In this document: positions 1-7,666 of the stretch, piece by piece | How positions within the stretch are numbered: position 1 is the stretch's first letter | How the letters are laid out: every line of letters starts with the position of its first letter | Translations under genes and position numbers: made by a program | The notes under the pieces: generated by a model | The model's database searches: none | What the model saw: only the letters and a program-made list of their open reading frames with translations | What the model was told of the DNA's origin: nothing | DNA from: Gemmatimonadaceae bacterium | Lineage (GTDB): Bacteria > Gemmatimonadota > Gemmatimonadetes > Gemmatimonadales > Gemmatimonadaceae | DNA: 64,000 nucleotides | Reading direction: 5' to 3' | NCBI GenBank assembly: GCA_045803545.1 | Contig: JBJMOW010000005.1 | Coordinates: 576,001 to 640,000, forward strand

Positions 1-1
1 T

Positions 2-226
2 CACGTTCACGACACCCAGCGTCGGGAAGCAGCAGAAGAGCGGCGCCTTCGTCAGGCTGTTGGCGCACTACTGAAGGAACCGATTTACTATACAGTCAAA
101 CGAGGCGACGCTTTGTTCAGCATCGCCCGCAAGTTCGAGACAACTCCGGAGCAGATTCAGAAATGGAATCAGCTCGAAGGCGATCGGGTCAAGATCGGGC
201 AGCGACTGCTGGTCAAGAAACCATAG
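2..226 (+). CDS. LysM-domain protein, C-terminal fragment (5' end outside window)
   Basis: Frame from position 2 reads ...YYTVKRGDALFSIARKFETTPEQIQKWNQLEGDRVKIGQRLLVKKP*, a typical LysM motif; not in the ORF track because it is truncated. Confidence 0.85.
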   Translation, partial: HVHDTQRREAAEERRLRQAVGALLKEPIYYTVKRGDALFSIARKFETTPEQIQKWNQLEGDRVKIGQRLLVKKP

Positions 227-308
227 TGTCGGAAACTGCACCGGCGACGGTAGCGTATTATCTCCTCAGTCGAGCGGTTGACGCTCGCTGCATTGACAGG
301 AGCATCAA

Positions 309-506
309 ATGGACGATTTGAAGCAAGCGCTCGAGAAACTGCGCGACGAGCTCACCAACGCCGGGAAGCGTCTCGCAGATTTGGCGGAAAAGGCAGAATC
401 AGATCTGCCGCCCTGGGGAAAAAAGATCAACGAAGAGTATCTGCGACTCCAGGCACTCCTGGATCAGGCAGTCGACAAGCTGCGCAAGAAAGCCTCGCGG
501 GATTAG
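309..506 (+). CDS. small helical hypothetical protein (65 aa)
   Basis: AGGAG Shine-Dalgarno upstream of ATG; amphipathic coiled-coil-like sequence. Confidence 0.6.
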   Translation: MDDLKQALEKLRDELTNAGKRLADLAEKAESDLPPWGKKINEEYLRLQALLDQAVDKLRKKASRD

Positions 507-556
507 CACAGCCCGATATTGGGCGCCTCCCGCCTCTCGCTGACCGCCTCCCGCCC

Positions 557-856
557 TTACTGAAGGTCCACCAGATGCGGCCGCGCCTCGTGGCCGGCGC
601 GATACGCTGAGAGAATCTGGATGTCCCCGACGGTTGGCGGCGCGATCGAATACACGATTCCCAGTCGCCAGCTTTCGTGCGCCAGGTGATAGCGCCGATA
701 AATAATGTATGGCGCGTCCTGGATTGCCTTATGGACTGCGTCATCCTCTATCTCCGCCAGCGCCTTGTCCGGGAGGCAAATCTCCGGGGGCGGTTCGTCA
801 CCGAACTCGAGGCGCTTCACTTCTGCGCGCGAAGTAATCAACCAGCATTCCATCAT
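557..856 (-). CDS. hypothetical protein (99 aa)
   Basis: ATG-started ORF with protein-like composition, converging on 309..506. Confidence 0.5.
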   Translation of the reverse strand: MMECWLITSRAEVKRLEFGDEPPPEICLPDKALAEIEDDAVHKAIQDAPYIIYRRYHLAHESWRLGIVYSIAPPTVGDIQILSAYRAGHEARPHLVDLQ

Positions 857-949
857 CGAGTTGGGTCTGGGAACTCATAAACTACAAAAGAAGAACGCTC
901 ACCGCCCGACTAGCGGTTGACCGCACGCATTCGTCTTCCCTGCCTTCCC

Positions 950-1323
950 TTATGGACAGGTAATCTCCCAAATCGACGCGCCGGTGGTGGTGATTGAGCA
1001 CGTCTTCGCGGTTTTGTTGTGGGTTGCTACTGCATGCCAACTGGGCGGCGGTCCTGCGTCAACAGTCGCAGCCACCATTACGCCTGGCGTCGAAGCGAAG
1101 CCCTGCGTCCCGCCGCTTCCCGCGAAGTAACTACCCTGGCTGTCCATGAGGTAGTTCTGCTCGTACAGAGCGAAGTTGCGGAGATCGGCTTCATCGACGC
1201 GACGTAGGCGGCGTCTTTCGTGTCCAGGTACTTGGCGATGGCGATGCCCGAGAGAATCCCGAGCACCACGAGAACGACAAGTACTTCGATTAGCGTGAAG
1301 CCGGCCCGGGAACCGCGCATCAC
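950..1323 (-). pseudogene. type IV pilin-like gene split by a 1-bp frameshift near 1189
   Basis: The 5' part gives GFTLIEVLVVLVVLGILSGIAIAKYLDTKDAAYVASMK. A shifted frame continues ADLRNFALYEQNYLMDSQGSYF...PPPSWHAVATH..KTC...TCP, colinear with the intact pilin at 2244..2612. Confidence 0.8.
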
Positions 1324-1327
1324 GCGC

Positions 1328-1924
1328 CTACTTGGCCGCTTTCTCCGTCTTCCCTTTAAAGAGGTAGGCGTACTGGCCGTACCCCTCCGCCTCCAACTGA
1401 TCGGCTGGAATGAAGCGCATTGACGCTGAGTTCATGCAGTACCGGAGTCCCGTTGGCCGCGGTCCATCATCAAACACGTGACCAAGGTGTGAGTCGGCGT
1501 GCGCTGACCGGACTTCGGTGCGCTCGTAACCGAGCACTCGGTCCGTCTTCGTATGGATATTGGCGGGCTCGAGTGGTCGCGTGAAGCTTGGCCAGCCCGT
1601 TCCCGAGTCGAACTTGTCGAGCGAGCTGAAAAGCGGCTCCCCGGAAACGACGTCGACATAAATGCCCGGCTCGTGGTTGTCCCAATACACATTGCGAAAC
1701 GGAGTCTCTGTCGCTTCGTGCTGCGTCACTTCGTATTGCAGAGCGGTGAGCTTCTTCTTGAGATCGGAGTCAGTTGGTTTCACAAAAGCTTTCCTCGCTG
1801 TCAGCGCGGGAGAGGAAGCAGACGCGGGCGTGGCGCGCGTCTGTGCGGTCAATTGCGATGCGGAAAGAATCAGGAACGAGATCAGGGCGCCGCCGAGGCG
1901 GATGGTCGTTTTATCGCCCCCCAT
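1328..1924 (-). CDS. msrB: peptide-methionine (R)-S-oxide reductase with N-terminal signal peptide-like segment
   Basis: [21 protein letters not shown] and [11 protein letters not shown] motifs; start uncertain (ATG 1924 chosen, ORF open to 2017). Confidence 0.93.
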   Translation of the reverse strand: MGGDKTTIRLGGALISFLILSASQLTAQTRATPASASSPALTARKAFVKPTDSDLKKKLTALQYEVTQHEATETPFRNVYWDNHEPGIYVDVVSGEPLFSSLDKFDSGTGWPSFTRPLEPANIHTKTDRVLGYERTEVRSAHADSHLGHVFDDGPRPTGLRYCMNSASMRFIPADQLEAEGYGQYAYLFKGKTEKAAK

Positions 1925-2031
1925 ACTATTGTATTGCATTTCCACCTCAGGTAATTCCCTTATATACTCGGTGACTGTTGCAATGATTCCCCTCGAAACT
2001 ACGCTATTGATACCCAAATCAGCGTGGCACG

Positions 2032-2150
2032 TTGCGAGGCCACTCGCAAAATGCGGCGAAGCGAAGGCCGGGGGAAACCACGACGCATAAAGGTAAGTGA
2101 TTGATGCTTCTGATGTTGCGATAGCGACGAGAACGCGGTTTGGCGATTGC
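2032..2150 (+). promoter_or_regulatory. putative sigma54-type pilin promoter: palindromic activator site, IHF-like site, -24/-12 element
   Basis: TTGCGAG-gcca-CTCGCAA at 2032-2049; TAAGTGATTGATG at 2094-2106 (IHF consensus YAANNNNTTGATW); GG-N10-GC with TTGC at 2137-2150. Confidence 0.45.
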
Positions 2151-2243
2151 CATATACCGGTTGCCGCCTCTAAGACCGCTGCGTCTTTTGAGCACCAAGG
2201 ACCCGTCGGTCCGCGGCGTAATCCAACGCTTCAGGAGATTTTA

Positions 2244-2612
2244 ATGCTTCGCAACAAGAAGGGTTTTACCCTCATTGAGCTTCTGATCGTGGTCGTCATT
2301 ATCGGTATTCTTGCCGCGATCGCGATTCCGAAGTTCGCCAACACGAAGGACAAGGCTTACGTCGCTGCGATGAAGTCGGACCTTCGTAACGTTGCTACGT
2401 ATGAAGAGCAGTATGCCGCTGACAACCAAGGTGCGTACTTCTCGGGAACCGCGACCTCCGCGGCTCCGCTGCAGGGCTTCACGCCTTCGCAGAACGTCAC
2501 GATCGTCGTGACTTCGGTTGCCGGCCCGCCTCCGTCATGGAGCGCGACCGCGACGCACTCGCAGTCAGCTAAGACCTGCGATATGACCAACGGTGTCATT
2601 ACCTGCACCTGA
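2244..2612 (+). CDS. type IV pilin (prepilin N-methylation motif)
   Basis: MLRNKKG|FTLIELLIVVVIIGILAAIAIP class III signal; C-terminal Cys pair; AGGAG RBS. Confidence 0.92.
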   Translation: MLRNKKGFTLIELLIVVVIIGILAAIAIPKFANTKDKAYVAAMKSDLRNVATYEEQYAADNQGAYFSGTATSAAPLQGFTPSQNVTIVVTSVAGPPPSWSATATHSQSAKTCDMTNGVITCT

Positions 2613-2634
2613 TCATAGATTCGCGTAGAACGAG

Positions 2635-2667
2635 AACGGAGCGTCGAGAGACGCTCCGTTTTTTTTT
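2635..2667 (+). terminator. intrinsic terminator after pilin
   Basis: AACGGAGCGTC-gaga-GACGCTCCGTT followed by T run. Confidence 0.85.
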
Positions 2668-2715
2668 GGCCGCGTCGCGGTAAGTTTCAGGCTTCCACAA
2701 CCAAATCTCTAACTC

Positions 2716-4773
2716 ATGCTCGATCTTCGCTCGCGCATTGGTGCAGCCTTCGCGATTGGTTTTCTCGCCACTCATCCACTCGGCGCGCAGTCACCGCAGC
2801 AGCCTCCAGTTGTCATTCCACCTGTTGAGATAGTCGCCACGCGCATTCCCGAGGCGCCGCACGACGTGCCCGCTTCCGTCGAGGTGATAAGCGGCGCCGA
2901 TCTCCGCGCACGCGGCGCCAGGTCGCTGAGTGATGCGCTGTCGCTCGCTGCCGGAATCGCGGTTGCGGCTGGGGGTGACGCCGGTCCCGCCAGCGCGGTG
3001 CCGGAGTTCTGGGGGCTTCGCGAGTTCGACGCATTTCTGCTCGTCGTTGACGGTGTGCCCTGGGGTGGCGCACTCAATCCGGCGATCTCCACCCTCAGCT
3101 TGCGCGATGTCGACCGAATCGAAGTACTCCGTGGCCCAGCGCCAGTTACGTACGGGGCAACATCGTTCGTTGGAGTAATTCACGTCGTGCATTCGGGCGC
3201 TGCGAGCCGCGCCACTTACGCGGATATTCATGGTGGCAGCTTCGGAACCGGCGGCGGCGGGATCGACCTCGGGTTGCCGGCGCTCGGTGCTTGGACGTCG
3301 AGACTGAGCGCTGACGTCGATCGCTTCGGTTTCCGCGACGACCACACATCGATCACACGCGGACACGCGCTGTTGCGCACCGATAGACCGTTCGCCAGCG
3401 GTCAGCTCTGGCTCACCAGCGATCTCAACGTCCTGCGCCAGGATCCGGCTAGTCCGCATCCGCGTGTCGGCACCGATCTCACTTTGGCGGTACCGCTCGA
3501 CGCCAACCACAATCCCGCGGGCGCCCACATCAATGACAACAAGATCGCGGTGGCGGCTGGATTCGATCGCAACATTTTCAGCAATGTCGCGTGGGGAACT
3601 ACAGCTTCCTTCGCCTTCACCGCCAACGATCAGTTCCGTGGGTTCCTGACCGACGTCTCCGACTCACCGGACAACGCGTCGGGATACAAAGAGACAATAG
3701 ACATCCATGATTTCTACGCGGATACGCACGTCATCTGGCCCGCAATCTCACAGCTCCGCCTGATGGCTGGAGCGGACGCACTTCTCGCCGGTGGCGAGGC
3801 GCGCGGTGCAACGTTCACATATACCGCACCTTTGAGCGGCGCACAGCAGGCGTCGGTGGCCGAGCCAAGTAATCTCAATCTCGATGCAGGAGATGATCGT
3901 CGTTTTCTTGGTGCATACAGCTCCGCAGAATGGAAACCGATCAATCGTTTGTCGCTGAGTGCCGGACTGCGTCTCAATTCGACCGCTGAGAGCCGCGGCG
4001 AGGGTGCAGAAGTCACCCACACGCGGCTAAGCGGCAGCATTGGCACCGTGCTGGGGCTGTTCGAGCGAGACGTCGACCATGTCAGGCTGTTCGCGAACTA
4101 CAAGAACACCTTCAAGCCAGCCGCATTCGACTTCAGCCTTGCTGAAAACGAGGGCGTACTCGATCCGGAGACTTCTCAGAGTTACGAGGCCGGGTTAAAA
4201 GTTCGTGCGCTCGAGGGACGCCTCGATGTCGAGGCCAGCACGTTCCGGATGGATTTCGAGAACCTCGTCACTGCGACGATCGTGAACAACCTTCCTTCGC
4301 TGATCAATTCCGGCAAGACACGCTTCAAGGGCGTCGAGCTCGCAACTGAGCTCCGCATGCCGTTCTCCACGCTCGCCCGCGCGACCTACAGCTTCCACGA
4401 CGGAAAGTTCGTCGACTTCGTACAGGATTTCGGGGGCGTTCCGACCCAGCTCGGCGGAAACAGGATCGAGATGTCAGCGCGCCATCTCGCGTCCGCTGGA
4501 TTCACATACGCGCCCGAAAGCGGATTTACCGCTTATACCAGCTTCAACTATACAGGCAACCGCTTCCTCGATAAGCGGAACAATTCGTTGGCGAAGCCGT
4601 TCACCACGTTTGATGCCGGCTTTGGCTTCCGGCAGAACAGATTGGAGTTCCGGATCGACGGCCGAAATCTTACGAATCGCCGAGACGCCGTTTCCGAAAG
4701 CGAGTTTGGCGACGCGCAGTACTATCGCATGCCAGCGCGGACCATTCAAACCGGGGTCTCGGTGCGGTATTAG
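2716..4773 (+). CDS. TonB-dependent receptor
   Basis: Signal peptide, TonB-box-like VEIVATR, plug motif RIEVLRGPAPVTYG, C-terminal ...RTIQTGVSVRY. Confidence 0.9.
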   Translation: MLDLRSRIGAAFAIGFLATHPLGAQSPQQPPVVIPPVEIVATRIPEAPHDVPASVEVISGADLRARGARSLSDALSLAAGIAVAAGGDAGPASAVPEFWGLREFDAFLLVVDGVPWGGALNPAISTLSLRDVDRIEVLRGPAPVTYGATSFVGVIHVVHSGAASRATYADIHGGSFGTGGGGIDLGLPALGAWTSRLSADVDRFGFRDDHTSITRGHALLRTDRPFASGQLWLTSDLNVLRQDPASPHPRVGTDLTLAVPLDANHNPAGAHINDNKIAVAAGFDRNIFSNVAWGTTASFAFTANDQFRGFLTDVSDSPDNASGYKETIDIHDFYADTHVIWPAISQLRLMAGADALLAGGEARGATFTYTAPLSGAQQASVAEPSNLNLDAGDDRRFLGAYSSAEWKPINRLSLSAGLRLNSTAESRGEGAEVTHTRLSGSIGTVLGLFERDVDHVRLFANYKNTFKPAAFDFSLAENEGVLDPETSQSYEAGLKVRALEGRLDVEASTFRMDFENLVTATIVNNLPSLINSGKTRFKGVELATELRMPFSTLARATYSFHDGKFVDFVQDFGGVPTQLGGNRIEMSARHLASAGFTYAPESGFTAYTSFNYTGNRFLDKRNNSLAKPFTTFDAGFGFRQNRLEFRIDGRNLTNRRDAVSESEFGDAQYYRMPARTIQTGVSVRY

Positions 4774-4779
4774 GCGCCA

Positions 4780-5346
4780 TCACTTGCGGCCCGCCAGGAT
4801 CAGTTCGACCCAGGCTGCATACGCATCGACAAAAAGCTTTAGAAAATGCCGGGTCGAATCGTTGGTCAGATTTCCACTCTCATCGAACAGTTTTCCGGCG
4901 CCGCCGATATAAGCTTCCGGTTGCTGCATAGTCGGCACGTTGAGAAAGACAAGCATCTGACGTAAATGGTGATTGGCGCCAAAGCCGGAGATGCTCCCCG
5001 GTGAGACGCTGATAACTGCGCCTGGCTTGCCGTTGAATACGTTGCTCTCCTTCGGCCGCGACGCCACATCGATCGCGTTCTTGAGCACGCCAGGGACGGA
5101 GCGATTGTACTCGGGGGTCGCAAACAGCAACGCGTCAGCCGGCCTCACCGTGTCGCGCAAAGCCAGCCAGTCAATCGGCGGCGTCGGTTCGAGATCCTGA
5201 TTGTAGTGAGAGACGCCGCCGATATCGACGATCTCAAATTCGAGCGAACGCGGCGCAAGACTGAAAACGGCTTTCGCGACTTTGCGCGTTAGTGATTCCT
5301 TGCGCAGACTGCCCACGAATACAGCGACTTTGCGTTGTGCTGGCAC
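4780..5346 (-). CDS. NADPH-dependent FMN reductase (ChrR/SsuE-like flavodoxin fold)
   Basis: VGSLRKES, ATPEYNRSVPGVLKNAIDVASRP motifs; start uncertain (GTG 5346 chosen). Confidence 0.88.
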   Translation of the reverse strand: MPAQRKVAVFVGSLRKESLTRKVAKAVFSLAPRSLEFEIVDIGGVSHYNQDLEPTPPIDWLALRDTVRPADALLFATPEYNRSVPGVLKNAIDVASRPKESNVFNGKPGAVISVSPGSISGFGANHHLRQMLVFLNVPTMQQPEAYIGGAGKLFDESGNLTNDSTRHFLKLFVDAYAAWVELILAGRK

Positions 5347-5540
5347 TTGCGTCAAAAGAAATGCGCGTCGTATGTGCGGAAACGATGCTAACCAGGCGCA
5401 CTCTGCGGGCCATGCCCGCACCTTATGACAACATATTCGTGATCGGTCAGGTGACTCAAGCGCTGGGGCATGCGTCAGAATGGCAACAGGTTCGGTTATC
5501 CGAGTCTCGAAGATTAATGAACACGGCCTGGAGGCCCTTT

Positions 5541-6200
5541 ATGAAGTTTGCTTTATTCGTTAGCGCGGTTGCTGGCGTAGCCGTTTGCGCAGCCAGTGCG
5601 ACCGCCCAAGTCTGTCAGGGTGATCTTTCATTCCGCAGCTCGACTCACCTCGGCGCCGCATTAGCAATGACGGACCACACGACGTCGTTTGGTGGCGGGG
5701 CGGCCTGGGGACATCGTCAGGGGCTCTACGGCGGTGCTTCAGTCGGAATCCTGAACTACGATGCCGGCGTTGGTAACGCCGTCGCAGTTGGCGGTGGCGT
5801 CGGCTACCAGATGCCATTGCAGGCAAGAAGCAACTGGCAGCTCTGCCCCGGCGGTACACTGTCACTCAGCTTCGGACCGAATACCAACGGTGCGAAGATC
5901 TCGACTCAGACGCTTACCATGGGTGCTTCGACAGGCACCTCGCTGCCGCTCAGCAAGAGCGTCAATTTGCTGCCGTATGCTTCAGCAGCGTTTGCACATA
6001 CCCGCCTCGCAGTAAGCGCCAACGGTAACTCGGGCTCGGTCAGCGACAATTACCTGCTGCTGGGTTTCGGCGCTGGGTTCCAGCTCACACCGAACTTCGT
6101 CCTCCGTCCTTCGCTCCAGCTTGCTGCGGCGACTGACAATCCCGACGACACGACTTTCGGCTTGAGCATGACCTTCGCTCTTCCGCACCGCGGTCGCTAA
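5541..6200 (+). CDS. outer-membrane beta-barrel-like secreted protein
   Basis: GGAGG RBS, signal peptide MKFALFVSAVAGVAVCAASATAQ, alternating beta-strand pattern. Confidence 0.7.
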   Translation: MKFALFVSAVAGVAVCAASATAQVCQGDLSFRSSTHLGAALAMTDHTTSFGGGAAWGHRQGLYGGASVGILNYDAGVGNAVAVGGGVGYQMPLQARSNWQLCPGGTLSLSFGPNTNGAKISTQTLTMGASTGTSLPLSKSVNLLPYASAAFAHTRLAVSANGNSGSVSDNYLLLGFGAGFQLTPNFVLRPSLQLAAATDNPDDTTFGLSMTFALPHRGR

Positions 6201-6215
6201 GCAACAGATAGAACT

Positions 6216-6251
6216 AAAAAGCGCCGGGACATTTCCCGGCGCTTTTTTTTT
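6216..6251. terminator. bidirectional intrinsic terminator
   Basis: AAAAA-GCGCCGGGA-catt-TCCCGGCGC-T9 between convergent genes. Confidence 0.85.
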
Positions 6252-6275
6252 GCCTGCCCGACTGCCGCCTCCCGC

Positions 6276-7664
6276 TTACGTACAGCCCTGTGTTGGTGCC
6301 GGCACCCTCGCCAGACACTCAGCCTCGGGGAATGGGAAACGACTAAAGATGTTGTGCGTCGCCAAAGCCTTGGGCAGCGTGTTCAGCAGATTGAACCTGC
6401 GGGCATCAATCCATCGATGGCCCCCTTCAAATAACAGTGAATAACGACGCTGCTTCACAAGCTCCGCTATGAAATCGGCGTTGCCAGTGAACGGACCGCG
6501 CGGCGCCAGCCCGCCCGAGGTGGTTCGGATGAAGTTGATATCGGTGAGTGCGCCTGCCTGATCGCCCGTAAAATATCTCGCCTCCGCGCGGAGCAGGATC
6601 AGCTCCTCGTTGCGAATGATCGGCACCGGTGCGCTCGGCGAGTTGTAGATCGTGAAAACCAGATCACTCGAAATGCCCTGCACCGTGTGAACGTCTGGCA
6701 GATGCGCGACCTTCGCGAGGACGCGCGCATCCAACGCGCCGCTCGGCTGGCGCTCCGCATCCGTCTCGATCGACGGATGCGCGAGAATCGCTCTGCCCGC
6801 CGGGTCGTAAAGGGCGTTCGGCAAATCACCGGAGCCAGTGCTGAAAGAGTGATATGCACCAAGCGTTAGCGGCGCTGTCGTGCTGAGGAACGATCCGGTC
6901 AGCGCTGTCAAAGCTGCTGCGTAGTTGCTGCGGTATGCCTCGACGCGCGCCTTGAGCGCTCGATTGAATGTCGAGAACGTCGTCGGGGTGTTGAAGTCCG
7001 CGAACCCGGGGCTCAGGGTGAACGGAAAATCAGTCCCGCCCGCGGTGAGGTCGGTTAGCCCCTTGTCGAGCAAATTTGAAATTGCCGCGAACATATCCGC
7101 CTTCGTCTCGATCGGAGCGGGAGTCGCCGTCGGCGCGATGTTGACGTCAAGCGGCGCGCCGAGGTCGTCACGGGTGTTGATGACATTCAGGTAATCGAGC
7201 GCCTGTATCGTCTCAGCGAAACCGCGGACTGCTGACTTCTCGACATCGGTCAGGTCCGCCACCTTTTCCACTGCAGCCAGCAGATTGTTTGCGTTGCGGA
7301 CGTCCCGATAGGGATCAGCGAAGAGGTTGCCGCCGAATGCGGGACTGCCGCCATCGAGCGGACCGATCAGCATCTCGGTGATGAAACGCGGATCCGCCGG
7401 ATCGAAGTTGTACGACTCGCGTCCCAGAATTCCGAGTAGCGATATATAGCCGTTTTGCTCGGCGATTCCCGCACGAGTACCAACGAGCAGTCCCTGCGCC
7501 GCTTGTGCGACTTTTGTCGGCGTCGGGTTGTTGGTGAGATCGTCGATGCTGGAATCGTTGTAATCCGGAACGACGAGGTCCTTGCAGGCACTGATCATTA
7601 CCAGAGTCGCGCCCGCGCAGATAATGCGCGCCGCTCTCTTTGTGATGGCTCGAATGTCAGTCAT
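6276..7664 (-). CDS. RagB/SusD family nutrient-uptake outer-membrane lipoprotein
   Basis: Lipobox ISAC; IIRNEELILLRAEA and RRYSLLFEGGHRWIDARR SusD motifs; directly after a SusC-like gene. Confidence 0.9.
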   Translation of the reverse strand: MTDIRAITKRAARIICAGATLVMISACKDLVVPDYNDSSIDDLTNNPTPTKVAQAAQGLLVGTRAGIAEQNGYISLLGILGRESYNFDPADPRFITEMLIGPLDGGSPAFGGNLFADPYRDVRNANNLLAAVEKVADLTDVEKSAVRGFAETIQALDYLNVINTRDDLGAPLDVNIAPTATPAPIETKADMFAAISNLLDKGLTDLTAGGTDFPFTLSPGFADFNTPTTFSTFNRALKARVEAYRSNYAAALTALTGSFLSTTAPLTLGAYHSFSTGSGDLPNALYDPAGRAILAHPSIETDAERQPSGALDARVLAKVAHLPDVHTVQGISSDLVFTIYNSPSAPVPIIRNEELILLRAEARYFTGDQAGALTDINFIRTTSGGLAPRGPFTGNADFIAELVKQRRYSLLFEGGHRWIDARRFNLLNTLPKALATHNIFSRFPFPEAECLARVPAPTQGCT

Positions 7665-7666
7665 GG

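Noticed and set aside
2053..2168. c-di-GMP-I riboswitch upstream of pilin
   Set aside because: Has GAAA/GACGCA/GGTTGCC-like fragments, but the P2/P3 stems and spacing do not fit; a promoter explanation fits better
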